Assembly (NCBI GenBank): GCA_964035545.1
Contig: OZ037767.1
Location: 20,786,628-20,850,627, forward strand
Direction: 5' to 3'
From: Bugula neritina
Taxonomy: Eukaryota > Animalia > Bryozoa
DNA: 64,000 nucleotides
A program made the position numbers and the translations under genes. Under the pieces are notes generated by a model that was given only the letters and a program-made list of their open reading frames with translations, searched no databases and was not told the origin of the DNA. The first letter of the stretch is position 1, and the number at the start of each line of letters is the position of its first letter. Shown here piece after piece: positions 48,622 to 62,435 of this stretch.

Positions 48622-51559
48622 ATTTACCACATGTGTAATAATTTATAGAAAGAAATTCAACCTTTTGACAATATCTATGGATTATATTTAGCTTAGAATA
48701 ATTGTGGTATGCATAAAAATACAATATAAATCCTACAAAAATAATTCTACCAAAAACACAAAATAGAACATGATAAATTTATATGAGCAAATACAATATC
48801 AAACATAAAAAACATAAAATGCTATATGGTAAAACATATAAACTATGTTTACATAAAAGCCATATAATATAAAACATAAAATAGTTGTACATGAAAGTAA
48901 TACAATATAAAATTACATGTAAAATAGTTGCACATGAAAGTATAACAATAAAAATTATGTAAAATAAGAATGTTTATACTGACAGTATTGAAGACACCAT
49001 GAAGAGAATGCTACCATATACTCATGGTATAAATAATGAAGGTAATATAGTAACCTTATAATATTATAATAATCAATAAGTGCTGAGGTAAATACTGTAG
49101 AAATACTGGCGCTGCGATAATATCCGATTATTGCAAAAAGCAAAGCGCAGGGAATACATACTTATATATGACTTTTCTTTCGAAAAATAGTGGCTAGATT
49201 TTTATACTTGTAAATGAAAAAAGGAAACAAACATAATTTTAGTCCTGAGTGAGGTTTTCATCAGTTACACATAGCATAGGTGAAAAGCTAATGTTCACTC
49301 ATGTGTCACGGTCTTACAATGACTGGCAAATTTTAAGTTGCAAGGAATGATGAATTTGAATAAAAAACTAAAGGAACTAAATGAAAAGAGCAATGCTAAC
49401 TTAAACCCAAGACCTCACGAATGTCAGTCAAGATATAAACTAGTTTATTTGGATTTAATAATCAACCAGAGTAACTCCAACTGATGGACTAATTAAATCA
49501 TCAAGACGCGAAACAGCAGTACTAACATGCACTACTTGAGGCTATGTTATTGGTGTAGCTTCCGAAATCAGCTGTGGTAAAAACAAGGTTGTTATTGTGT
49601 GACAAGCTAATGCTTTCCTGGTAGTGGTGGTCTCCAGAAGTACTAGCAACTGGGTTTGGTTCCTCATGAAGCTTATTAAACGCTGAAACAGAAGTTTATA
49701 AACACATTGGTACACGGAAACATTATAAAATGCATGGAACATCATAAGGCATTTGGAAGACTATAGGTTTTGTTTTTCGAAATGATTTCATTGGCAGTTA
49801 TAAACTTGTACTTCTTTAAACTAATATTTCAAAGCCATAAGTATTTTCAATTTTTAGAAATTGTTATAAAAATGCTGTATGAAATATGCAGTATGAAATT
49901 ACAGTATAAAATATACTATCTGTAATATACATAAAACACTATGCTATATTACTGTACAAGATGATACAGTATAATATGCTGCATCACTTTACAAAATATA
50001 CTGCATTACTTTGTAAAATATACTGTATTACTTTGTAAAATATACTGTATTACTTCACACAATATGTATACTGTTTCAGCTACTATACTTTATAAAATAT
50101 ATTGCAGCTTACTACTTATAAAATATGCAGCATAACCAAATAGAATATACTACACTACTATATTAAATATTCAGTATTGAATCTATAGCTGAAACATCAC
50201 ACCAATACTTTAGAAATGTTGCTGTATTAATTCTAATATATGATATTATAACCAAAAGCATGATATTTGAGCTTAATGTATATTTATAGGTATATATGCA
50301 CCACAATTTTTTGTGGATTTAATTTTGATGAAAAAGAAATCAAAGCTATATAGAAATGAATGCACGGAAACTCTTACATGAAACAAGCTCATGCTTTCAT
50401 CACAACAGCCCTCGTGAACTCAAAGTTGGGAAATATAATAATATAATTAAAATAAATATTAGTAACGATCATGCTCCTGCTGTTTATTCTAGGGAGGTAT
50501 GTTGAGGGGATTCCAATAACATGCTTTTGATAGAAACCAGCAGAGAGAACATTATAATGATCAAAATGTAATAGTTGTTTCACCTACTGACTTGTATGCT
50601 AAAGTGTAAAAGTTGAGTTAGTATGTATTATAGTCTGGGGTGGAATAAGTTAATGTGACCAATAGCTGAAAACTAGCAGCATACTGTAAACTATAGATTA
50701 AATACTGTATGAGCGGAGAAATTGACAATTTGGCTATTTCAACAATCCTCCACCTTTCGAACAGTGCAAACTCATAACAATACTCTTTAAAGGGGACAAC
50801 TCCAAATCATATGCCAGCTTGAGTATATGTAGAAAGGATATGGTGAGAAAAATCTTAAACCCACAAGCGATGAAAAAAGCAAGCTTCAGCCACATTGTTT
50901 TATATCTCACAATATAACACAGACAGGAAATGGAATCAGCATTCTACAAAAGACTGCTACTATCTAGTAACACAGAGGGTGCAAGAAATAAGTGACAATA
51001 ACTCTCTACTCACTCTACTCATTCACATAGATATAGCATTACCCATTAAACATATTCCTGACGAGGCACTGAAAATTTAGATGTTTAGTTATTCTATCAG
51101 TACGTTATTGCTTGCACTTATTACCTCCTATCATAAAGAGACCACGCAAGCATGCAATTATTGTCATAAACTCACTGAGAGTTATCCTCTTTTTCACAGA
51201 CTTATAATAAAGAGGATAATATTATATTTACAATTTATATCATTAAAGCAAAATATTTGTATTGACTCATTTAATAACATAATTAGCCAAAAATATTAGC
51301 TTACATGCAATTATGTAAAATATTATAAAATAAAATTTAAAGATAAATCTTTATTTGATAATGTTATAGTCAACTATGCTATATAGGGTTCCTTTTTCCA
51401 CAACCTATTATTATGATATTATTTATTCAATGGAGCAACTTTTATTTAAACAAGCAAAGATATTCCTCCAAAAACGATTCAAACAGTTTTTAGAAAATGT
51501 CTCGATGATCTCTCTTTGCAAAGTTATTATATACTTGTATATTTATATAACAGTTGGGT

Positions 51560-54500
51560 TTAGGTTGACCCTGCATGCAGTTGTAGGTGCATGACTGCAG
51601 CATGAGCTATATGTGTATGAAGTCATAAAATAACCATATAAGGTCATTTTCAAATAGCCAATTACCATTTCAAATAGCCAATTACCATTTCAAATAGCCA
51701 ATTACCATTTTAAATAGCCAATTTGATTGGCTGAACATATTGATACGGTAAAGGACAGTGATTTCTAATTTCTATTACAAGAAGTGATATAAACTTACAG
51801 TGCAGAGATGGATTATAACATTGATAGATATCAGATGAGGCTGTGTCACTGTTGTTTAGTCGACTCGCTCTGGCTCTAGAAATTATTTCAATATTAAATT
51901 TATTAATTGCTCACAATATTGATACTTATTATAAGCTTCATAAGGACTTTATAGAATTAAAACTTATTTGTAATTTATTAACCTTATTCATAATGATTGT
52001 GCTGTAGCAGGGACATTGGGAAAAGGGCCACTACTCAATATTTCAAAGACCTAATATTCCGAAGGTTCATTAGGCTAAATGAAGTATGCATGCTTGATAA
52101 AGTGCAACTATTATTATTTTCTTGTGTAGGCCTACATGTATTGTACCTAATATGTTTCAGGTATAAACCCCAAACTACTATAAATATGGCTTGCCATGTG
52201 TGTTTGTGCGTGTATACTATAGGCAAATATTTTTGGGCCAATCGACCTTCGGACCAAAGGGTCTTCAGAATCTTGACCTATATTCGAGAAAATCCTGTCT
52301 TCTAGATTAGAAACATAACAAATGTAGTAATTACGCTTTCGTAAACATTTTGACCCACATCCTAAAACAAAATTTATTAAAAATTAAGGAACTTGGTTTA
52401 GTAATTTTCTCCCGTACTGTTCCTAAAAATTCTATAAGCTGACTTTTACTTAAACATAACAATTGGTTTCAAGAAGAACTGTAGGCCACATTCTGTAGCC
52501 TGCTGTAAAAGAAAACCCGAATATAATTTTGCTCAATCAGAATATTATTATGAATGGTTCGCAAATCAAATACCTGCTAGCAAAGAGAAGAAGAGCAAAC
52601 TTACCTTCTTAGAGATGGTTTCTTTTGCAGGACATACCATAGAATAACCACCAATATGGCCAGTATCAGAACACCACACACTGCAGCAAGGACTGTCAAT
52701 AGAATTGGCAAAAATTGCGTAAAAATCACAAATACTAGAAATAAAATTATATATATAAGAGTTGTAAGTAGCTTTTCAAATATATTTAGTTCTAATGAAA
52801 CTTTGTAATTGGAAAAGTTGCTCAACTATGAAATAAAGTTATTTTGTTCTAAACTCATCAAACCTTAAACCTAGCAATAATCAACTTCTTTGCATCTATC
52901 AATACAAGCATATGTTGTGTACAACTGTACATACAGTAATCATATAGTCACAATAACTAATAAAGCTGTAGGCTATTTAGGGACAAAAAGGTATTACAAG
53001 TAACAGCGGATATATCCGTTACATCCATAAAATCTGTCAGTGTAATTAATTACTGCATGCATTTAATAATTGTTATAATAGCTCTTGCACCTTCCCTTCT
53101 ACTTACATCTACACTTACACTTATACTTACAGTCACTATTATATATACACTTACACTTATACTTACAGTCACTATTAGACATACACTTACACTTATACTT
53201 ACAGTCACTATTAGACATACACTTACACTTAGAATTACAGTCACCATGCATTTCATTACTCATATAGCACTTACACTCATCCACACTTACGCTTATACTT
53301 ACTAATGAAAGAGCTTTGCCACACATTCGGGGGCTGGTGAAGAGTAGTTGTATCAAAGTAATTGTCCTTCTTTCGATTCGGTGTTGTGGTTTCTCTGCTC
53401 GGCCATGTAGTTTCCCTTCTAGGTTTCTCCTCTGTGGGTCCTGACGTTGTGTCAAGCAAGGAGGTGTCAAAGGATGAAAATGGAGTTGATGACACTGTCC
53501 AGGAAAAAGCACTCATCATCGGTTCGTACTCGTAGACTTCCTCTGAACATGTTATTTCCAATGTCTTTGACGCTAAGGATATTAGACCAAAGAAGGTCTA
53601 TATTTTACACATACAGCTCTAACATGAAATGTAGCTTACATTAAAAGCTTGATCAAATTAGTGCACTACACATTCAATTCTACTCATGCTCTGTGGTGTG
53701 TAGTTGACATGAAATGACTGTTTACAAAAGATGTCCGGCAATTGCTAACACTAATGATGTAGCTTTTAGACAAAATTAATTTTCATGCAAATATTGATTT
53801 GATAGAACAGTTTATTTAGAAAGGAAATTGAAGGTTAGGCTGGTTTGCCAAAACTACTTGTAAAAATATATGTTCGGGGGGGGGGGGGGAAGAAATGTTG
53901 GTTTTGCAGGGGCGCTATTATATTAATTTCTTATAAAATGACGAAATTGATTCTAAACTTTTATTTCGGGTTATGGACTACTAACAGCCAACCACTACCA
54001 GCTAACCACTACCAGGAAACCACTACCAGCCAATTACTACCAGCCAACCATTACCAGCTACCATTACCAGCCACTACCAACCAGCCACTACCAGCCAGCC
54101 ACTACCAGCCAGCTACTACCAGCCAACAATACCAGTCAACCACTACCAGCCAGCTACTACCAGCCAACTACTACCAGCCAGCTACTACCAGCTAACCACT
54201 ACCAGCCAACCACTACCAGCCAGCCACTACCAGCCAACTACTACCAGCCAGCTACTACCAGCCAACCACTACCAGCCAACCACTACCAGCCAGCCACTAC
54301 CAGCCAACTACTACCAGCCAGCTACTACCAGCCAGCCACTACCAGCCAACCACTACCAGCCAGCCACTACCAGCCAACTACTACCAGCCAACAGAGCTGT
54401 GTTACCTGATAACTCAATCCAAGCTCCTCGATGTGGCACATCAGCAAACTCGCTAGCATCAAAGATGAAGACTATTGAAAGATTGTTAGTTATTTGATAC

Positions 54501-57500
54501 CTTTCTACAGTGTGAATGCTCTTGCCACATCTCTCAGCTGCATCCTCTTGACCTGCTCAAATACAATTATTGGTCTCTTTTTACCAAAGGCTTTGTGGTA
54601 CAAATTTGCCAAAAAGGCTACCAAATTCTGACCTTTTTTTTAAATGATTGGATTGTTGATTTAGGCTTGTGTTCCTACCCAGAGTTAAATAGTGAGTGCC
54701 AAGTCTAATGCTAAAGTCAAAAGAATAAAATACAGATATTTATAATGTTTGTAAGATTTACTAAGAGTTCTCAATTTCTTTGACTTAGAATTCATAGTTT
54801 TACCATCTGCAGATATTGACCAATGGTCATATGGGCAGTAGTTGTCGATGGGGTGGTCTTCTATATCTGCGTATAGCATCGTCACTGTAACAGACTCAGC
54901 TGTGTTGGAATAAATAACACAGGAGCATTTTCGGTCATACGGATTTTGGCCTTCTGCAAGGAACCCTTCTGTTTCCAGGTACATCAGGCTAGAGTGTTGG
55001 AGTTGCTCTCTCCAATTAGAGCATAGATTCTTCACTGTCTCTACTAAATATATATATCGGTCTAGACTTTAGATATTGTCACAAACTAAATGGAATATTT
55101 CCAGCTTATTTTAGGTTTGTATATATTGATTATATGTACACTATGTTGTACTGAAAATATTCAAACAAATATGTTTGCATGGTTAATAAAAAACCATCCG
55201 GTATTTTTAATTTTTTTAGTAATGATAAAAAGAGAAACTATGTAAAGTTGTAATTAATAATATTTTGTATGCAATGAGTTTATGAAAATTAATTTAATAA
55301 TTAATTTTTGTCAGATAAAGATTTAACTTATCAATTCTGTTTGTACCTACTATAAAAACCTGTTTGCGATGAACAAATTTCAATTATGCATTACATATAC
55401 ATAGAGTTTAAAGGTGACATTGTGGTATTTTGGAGTAACCTTCTCATCAATAGTAATTGTAATTGGAATACGTACTCTTAATGCACTCAAAGATGACACT
55501 AAAGTGATTTGGATCAGCAAAGAATCCGGCACCATTGAGACTGAAACCACAGGTTCCGGGCTGACCATCACACTGTTGTGCCACGAACTCGGTAACTTGG
55601 TCTAGACGGAGTGGATCTAGTGTGACATAGACATCAACGCAGGGCTGAATGTATAACACAGTGCACGGAACTTACGTGAGCTAAGGCTTTGCTTACTTTA
55701 AGCACTCAAATATATTTACTAGTTGCCTGTTGAGACAACTCCTAATAAAATAAAAGTCAAAGGTAGATGATTACAGCATAGATATAATATCAGTAATCAT
55801 GGTGATGCTGATCGTGTGAAAATGTAGGTTATTGTAAAGAAGATAATGAATACATGATGACATCAACGAACTAAAGAGTGAGTAGTAATATTAATTGTTG
55901 ACAATAGATTATGTATACCTGCGCAACCTGGTCAATATCAAAGATCATGTTTAGTTAGAAAGGAAAATTTTTGGTTGCTTAACAATTACTGCATACTTTA
56001 CACTCACTGCATTGCTAAAGTTAACTCTTTGATATTTGAGATTATCTCAAATGGTACCTTTCAGATAGTGCAACAGACAAATAGCACATGATCAAATGTA
56101 AATTATAGAAATGACACCATCAATAAGAGCCACCCATTTTCTCAATAGATTTAGCTGATTCATGCTACCCCGGTATAAGATAATATAATATAACATAATA
56201 TTATCTGAGGTTTATTTTCCCATAATTCTTTGCAACTATACCCTAACTTAAATAAGACACTGTTGTATTAAACACAAGTACAGCACATTACTATATTATT
56301 ATCCATTTTGACTGTCTTAGCATTACTCTATTTTTATTGGACTTATGTTTCTCCAGTACAATGTTTAGGGGAGATAACTCACCCAGTTTTAGAAACTATA
56401 ACAGAGCTGTGTTGGTTGTGTTGGCATTGTGAATAAAAAGTATAAACTGTATAAAGTCAACAATAAAAGCATCTCATATAGAACTGTATATTTCAATCTC
56501 TCCATAACAACATTGCTAGATCCTGCATCAAATTCTTGGTGTCATTAGATTTTGTAAATTATTTCTAAGTTTATAAGTAAGCTACTCAAGTATGTTGACT
56601 ACTTTACTTAAGTGCACTAAGTTTTGTACTTGAAGTATTTAAGTGGTTATAAGTGCTAATCGACTGCAGCAAAATCAGGATACAAGTAGCCTAGGCAACT
56701 ACTGCAGGTACTCTTACGTAGTGAAACAAGTAGCCAGTGCCTTTACCTGCTGTTTCTTATTCTTATGTTCTTGCTTCGATTTCATGAGATCAAGGGAAAG
56801 ATAACTTCTAGCTAAATCTTAATTCTCAATGACTAGTTAGCAAGGCCTGTTTTTGCTGCAGCATCAGCAGCAGACAAAGATGCATTTCCTGACATCACAA
56901 TAGTTGATCAATTTAAAATACAACGCTCAAAATTCGTATGCTGAAATCCAGCTAGTATATATCATAGATATTTAATGTGTAATATGAAGATGCATGGCTG
57001 AATATTGCTGTATACTCACATTCCTATCTACAGACTTCATTATAGTTATTGCTTTTTCATATTATATTATCTTATATATCATTTCAGATGCCTGAACATG
57101 AGATTTTAGGTCAACATGTTTGAAATTGGTTGAAAACGCCTAAACTCATTTGTACAATGAGAAATTTATAAAAACTAAATTGAACTCTACAAAACAACCC
57201 TCAAATGTTATCTTTAACGAATCACCAAAATATTATTATCTTGATGACCGCTAATCTAGCAACAGTGCAATGTTGAGATTAAGATACAAGGTGAAAACTG
57301 AAACTAAAGCAGTTGAAACTAAGCATGATCTCTATCAAATTTCTTACAGACTAACTCTGCATTTCTCTTGCATTTCGATCATGCATAATTTAGCAATTGA
57401 TCAGCAAGACGTAGACACAACTCTTGCAAACAATATACCGCACCAAATTGTTTAACTTTAAAAGTAAAACATGTCCATGACTTTCCCAGCACAGCATAGT

Positions 57501-60500
57501 AACTGTTTTTCTTACCTCCACTATAGGAGCAGGTCGTCTGGTTCATCTCTGCTTGTTTCCTGATTATGGCTCTTTGTATATGAATAGCCTCAGCTCCCGA
57601 CGAGCAAACCAACTGAATCTGACTTTTGTCAAGATCTTCTCCGCAAATATTGCTACGCCCCTCCGTCCACGGAACTGAAACAGTTCAATTCTAAAGCTCT
57701 ATAATTCTAAATGTGAAACCAACAAGGTATGTATACTGACTCTAAAATATACTGACTCTATACACTGACTCTATATGCCGGCTCTGTAGGCTGACCTTTA
57801 CTGTTATGTTGGTATACTTGCATTCAGTCACTGCTTATGAACCCTCCACTATTTATCAAGTCTACACAACATTGAATTCAACAAGAAGCTGCTAATTTCT
57901 ATTTAATGGAATCAAAGTCAAAGGAAATTGTATTTGCAAAAAACCAAGGAACTACAAAGCTGTAAAACAAATTTAAACTTTTTATACTGAATAGCTGTAG
58001 TTTTTAGTAGGAAATTACTGTAGAGGTAATTTAGTGGCGCTTGTTAAATTAGAGGCTATTGAGCATGCCCATTGAGCTTTTGTGCTCATAACTAATGCAG
58101 GATCCAGAGTTTGATTCAGTCCCCACTATTCTAACACAAGAAGACAACAAAATAGTAGATCTTATTGATTTAAAAGGCTTATGGGTGGTAGTGGCTATCC
58201 TATATAACCCCCTTATTGCAACCAACTTTACAACATCAAGCCGAACTAAAATAATGATTTGCAACTAGAACATATTAAAATAATATTATATATAATCCGT
58301 ATAGATTTTTACTCTATTGCAAAAAATAGATGCACTATATTAATTTTGCATAAAATTATTTATAAAATAATATATTCCACAGCTTATTATTAAATCTTAT
58401 AATCTCTAGATATTCCCAATCCATTTCACCAAGCTGTCTGTCTACTGTTTTTACCTGCAGAACGCAAGCCACAAAATTCTACTGAATAGAATTAGATTTG
58501 TGTTCTCCAACTTTTAACAATGTGCGTATTCAATGATTTTAAGTAAAAATGGAACAGTGAAAATGGCACAGGTACTAATGGCACAGGTAATGATGGCACA
58601 AATAGAAATGTAGCCAAAAATTGCACACTGATGTTAAATTTTCCAAACCCAAACCCCCACTTGAAATCCAAACCCCCAACCTTTAAACTCCAAACCCCAA
58701 ACCCCTGCAAACACTAATATTGAAAACGTGCCGTTTTCACCTACTTTGCCATTTGTGCCATTTTTACCGTGCCATTTAATATTTTTGCATATTGACTTGC
58801 AGGTTGGAATGCAAGTTGGCTGCGCCAATTTTGAAAACTGCGAATGATTGTTGGAGATTGGAATTTTTTATACCCTTCGAATCTTTAACAAAATGTTAAA
58901 ATGAAATGACTTGAGTCCCTGCTGTTTTACAATAAGCCTAAAATGTAGTTTGGATAAGTAAGATGTACTTGGTAATGTACTTGTTTTGTACTTAATATGT
59001 ACTTAATATGCACCTTATATGTACATGGTAAAAGCTCTAGGACAATGGTTCCCAACCTGGGGAGAATTCCTCTAGGGGGAATTCCCCCTAGAGGGAATTT
59101 GGACATTTTGGAGGGGGGAATTTGGAGTTTGAAAAATTCACGAAATTTGCTGAAGGCTTTTTGAGCTCTTGCAAGTTACATGTATATATGTATATCTATA
59201 AATCTTCATCTATTTAACCATGCAAACCATATTCTGCAATCTCAGTTTACTTCTACATGAATGCGCTTATCAAGTACTCTACCCTAAATGCTCTCTGTGC
59301 TATTTCGAATGAAGGTGAAACAATTTGTAAAAACCAACGAGCCAACTTTTAGCAGCCATGCAAGTCAATCTCTATAAACTGTATACTACATACCTAGTGA
59401 ATATACGTATTTGCTACACTAAGTAATCTGAACCTAAAAATGCAGGAGTGCAATCATCATATCATTGCTTTTCATAGCAGCTAGCAACAATGTTTTTAAA
59501 GTTACACTGAAGAAGTGGCATCTCAATTAAAAACATGGTGTCTTTCCCCACACTCAATGAACTTTTATAGGAGAAGAACCTGTTCCGATTTTAGGTAAAA
59601 ATTGTACACCGGTGTTAAATTTTCCCAAACCCAAACCTCCAAACCCCTATCCTGAATGCCTAATCCCCCAACTCAAATATTCAATCCTAATATTGAAAAG
59701 ATGTTATTTTTACCTAATTTCCCAATTGTGCCATTATTACCTGTGCCATTATTACCTGTGCCATTTTTACTGGACACTACCTGTTCCAGATCATTTTTCA
59801 AAAAATCTTCTAGGCATCTCTGTGAAATCTTAATGGAGTTTTAACAGTATTTCTCTGAGCTACCTCCCAAAAAGAGAGAGCTAGATTCTAAACTTGACAT
59901 GTGATCCATTGCAAAACTTTGTTGAAAAGTTTTCAGAGGAATTACAGGAGGATTTCATTGAGTTGATTCACAATTCAGCAATGAAGGGTGATTTGAAATC
60001 TTCTCCAATTGATGTATTGTGGGTGGTGTCCAGCAGAAATGGCACAGGTAATAATGGCACAAATGAGAAAGTAGGTAAAAATGGCACATGTTTTCAACAT
60101 TGGGGTGGGGGTTTGGAGTTTGAAAGTAGGGTTTGAGGTAAGGATTTTAGGTTTGTACTTGGGGTTCTGAAGTTTTGGGGTGGGGGTTTAAGTTAGGGGG
60201 TGAGGGTTTGGAGTTCAAGGGTTGGGAGCTTGGGGTGGAGGGTTTGGGGTTTGAGTTTGGAAAAATTTAACATCAGTGAGCCATTTTTACCTACTTTTAC
60301 ATTTGTGCCATTATCACCTGTGCCATTTTTACATGCGCTATTTTTACCTAAGATCATTCTAAGTTTCAACAAGCAAACTCTTTCCACACATAGCTGACAA
60401 AGCAGAGTTTTGGTGTCATTCAGCACCACCTATCCCTGTGAGGTAGGATTCTCATCAAATCAAAAAGAAGAGAAACGGCCTTAACCTGCAGAATGGCTTG

Positions 60501-61859
60501 AGACGGGCCTGGTCAAAAACAGATCCAGGCTTAAGCAAGTCATAAAATTAATAATTGAACTGCTTTGTGTTTAATAACATAAAAATAACTATAATATTAC
60601 TATTATGATAATTATATTATATGCAAATATAATAGAACAAAATATATTGCATATTGTATCATATATTTTCATTCAGTAAGCCATAAAATCTTTTCTCTCT
60701 TAGAAAGAGGGGAATTAATAGTCAACATTTATGAAAGGGGGGAATAGTATGAAAAAGGTTGGGAACCACTGCTTTAGAATGTACAAAAGTTATGTTTTGG
60801 TCAGCATCATCAATATAATTATGATGATTTTAAGATAGAAGAAATTTAAGGATGTGCAAACTGAAGTTTCATAAGTTTGTTTGCTGTCGAAGGTGATTGT
60901 TGTTGCAAGCAGAAAATGACAAACAGCAAGTCGCCAACAACAAATGACAATCAGCAAATGGCAAACAGCAAATGGCAAACAGCAAATGGCAAAACATGTT
61001 TGTTTTGAAACTGGATTTTTATTTAATTCTTAAAAATGAGATCAGTATTAGCTTCACAATCTATTTCACTGACTTGCTTATAGTTTGATAGACATATTTT
61101 CAGATTTCTTAAGAATTCCTATACATGTTATAATAATTAAACCAACAACCAAACAGCACTTTCAATGCATGAGTAACTGAATACTGATTGGTTAGCATGT
61201 TTTACATCTGCTGTTACAACGGATTCTCATTATAGCATTATATTACAATAATATGTAAGCAACGTAATATTATTTAGTCAGCTTTTGTACATAAGTAATA
61301 TATTGCCATAATATGCATAGATCAAACAAATAATATATCATAAATTGTAATGATTTTGATTTGGCTTTGCAAGTTAGTGTAAATAGTGGAATATGTGATT
61401 TATGGTTGAAAACCATTCAGACTTTGTGTTTTGATAGAAAGTCAACCGATAGATGTTTTATCATTGTTACTATGAAAGCTTTTGGAGAAAATGCCATGAA
61501 AATTTTTGGTTAATGAGCTAATATGTTTTTTGTGAACAAACTTCACTTTTACCCTCTTCACAATTCAAATATATAACTTGCCTTGCACTCACTAAATCTA
61601 TTAGTGGTGCCATTCGTCATAATCCTATGAAAAATTTACTCTATATGCTAAAATCCCTTACTTACATCTAGGATATTAAACGTAATAATTACATTAAAAT
61701 ATAAAAAATGTATATCTGCTTTATATACAGTATTGTAATATTATTTAATTTATTCAAAGACTTACTGTTATAGATGCTTGGCTTTCCATTAGCTCTGGAA
61801 GCTAACACACACATTAACATGAAGGAAAATATCATCCTAAGAGAGCACATGCTACCCAT
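51560..61859 (-). CDS. type I membrane protein: signal peptide, SUEL/rhamnose-lectin-like domain, CUB-like domain, Ser/Thr stalk, TM helix, short tail (about 446 aa)
   Basis: Exons 61859-61766 (MGSMCSLRMIFSFMLMCVLASRANG signal), 57674-57516 (ICGE...IQLVCSSG..IHIQRA...CSY), putative microexon 57027-57020, 55644-55476 (PC...VAQQCDGQPGTC...FSVIFEC), 55043-54804 (CSCVI), 54552-54406 (RCG...LSIVFIFD...RGAWIEL), 53572-53303 (S/T stalk), 52734-52605 (TM plus KKPSLRR), 51875-51799, and a tentative last exon 51606-51560. The 3' end and the microexon are uncertain. Confidence 0.7.
51646..51722. repeat. 20-bp tandem repeat x4 (caaatagccaattaccattt)
   Basis: Visible tandem units. Confidence 0.9.
53100..53302. 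repeat. 36-bp/6-bp intronic repeat rich in GTAAGT on the minus (sense) strand
   Basis: Unit acacttacacttatacttacagtcactattagacat x3 plus degenerate flanks, abutting the donor at 53302. Confidence 0.9.
53985..54392. repeat. compound microsatellite (ccagccaaccactac / ccagccagctactac)n
   Basis: About 400 bp of 14-17-nt units starting about 13 nt into the intron after the donor at 54405. Confidence 0.95.
58535..58780. mobile_element. solo MITE-like foldback element (aatggcacaggtaataatggcac family)
   Basis: Starts gattttaagtaaaaatgg; subterminal aatggcac repeats are inverted to gtgccatt, with a central aaacccc-rich spacer. Same family as the insertions inside the hAT copies; one terminus not recognised. 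Confidence 0.75.
59587..59778. mobile_element. MITE A nested in hAT copy 2, 9-bp TSD (MULE-like)
   Basis: Flanked by a perfect direct repeat acctgttcc at 59578-59586 and 59779-59787; termini gattttaggtaaaaa ... tttttactggacact. Confidence 0.8.
60025..60355. mobile_element. MITE B nested in hAT copy 2, opposite orientation to MITE A
   Basis: Termini ggtgtccag ... tttttacctaagatc, the reverse complement of the MITE A ends; degenerate 9-bp flanks attgtgggt/attctaagt; interrupts the transposase FW motif. Confidence 0.75.
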
Positions 61860-62287
61860 CTCCGCAATCTATCCAACACATAACGCGTGTAATTAGCTTC
61901 ACTGAAGAAAACACAGCAGCATAGCAACTATGGCTTCTTTAATGACATGACTTTGCAGCCGGAGACAGTAATTAGGTCGATCAGGGACCAACCAGTCTTC
62001 ATGTGTTTGCATAGGCAGTGCTCTATACTGCTTGCAATAAAAACACAATCAATTCATTGTCGAGTTTAAGGACTCTATGCTTCTGCTATTTCTTCAAACT
62101 ATGCATTCAATTGTTTCTATTGTTTTCTTCTATAAAGTCCAGTGATTCCAAACATTCGAAGCTCATGATTGGTGAATCAATTGATCAATGGAATATGTTT
62201 TCGTTGTGCAGCAAATTAAACAATCACTCACTTGCGAATTTGAAACTTGCATGCAAATGCAGGTGACAGCATATAACACCTTCTTCT

Positions 62288-62435
62288 AGGTGCTATGCTG
62301 ACACTTATATGCATAGGTGCTATACTGACCCCTATATGCAGATGCTATGCTGACATCTATATGCAGATGCTATGCTGACACCTACATAAAGGTGCTATGC
62401 TGACACCTGTATGCAGGTGTTATACTGACACTATA
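62288..62435. repeat. about 25-bp tandem repeat x6 (ggtgctatgctgacacctatatgca)
   Basis: Visible degenerate tandem units. Confidence 0.88.

Larger units (their letters stand above)
59043..60771 (+). mobile_element. non-autonomous hAT (Charlie/Buster-type) element, copy 2, in intron 1 of the membrane-protein gene
   Basis: TIRs caatggttcccaacct/aggttgggaaccactg; degenerate TSD ctctagga/ctttagaa; collinear with copy 1; transposase remnants LSNLNLKMQ, DPLQNFVEKFSEELQEDFIELIHNSAMK and RVLVSFSTTYPCEVGFS. Confidence 0.92.

Noticed and set aside
53099-53512. Cys/Lys-rich ORF resembling metallothionein (CKCKCMSNSDCKYKCKC)
   Set aside because: It is the translation of the intronic GTAAGT-rich repeat joined to an off-frame reading of a real exon.
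53845-54195. Gln/Pro/Thr-repeat ORF
   Set aside because: Translation of an intronic microsatellite on the non-coding strand.
60100-60262. Telomere-like G/T-rich repeats
   Set aside because: Degenerate ggggttt/ggagttt spacer of MITE B, not a TTAGGG array.
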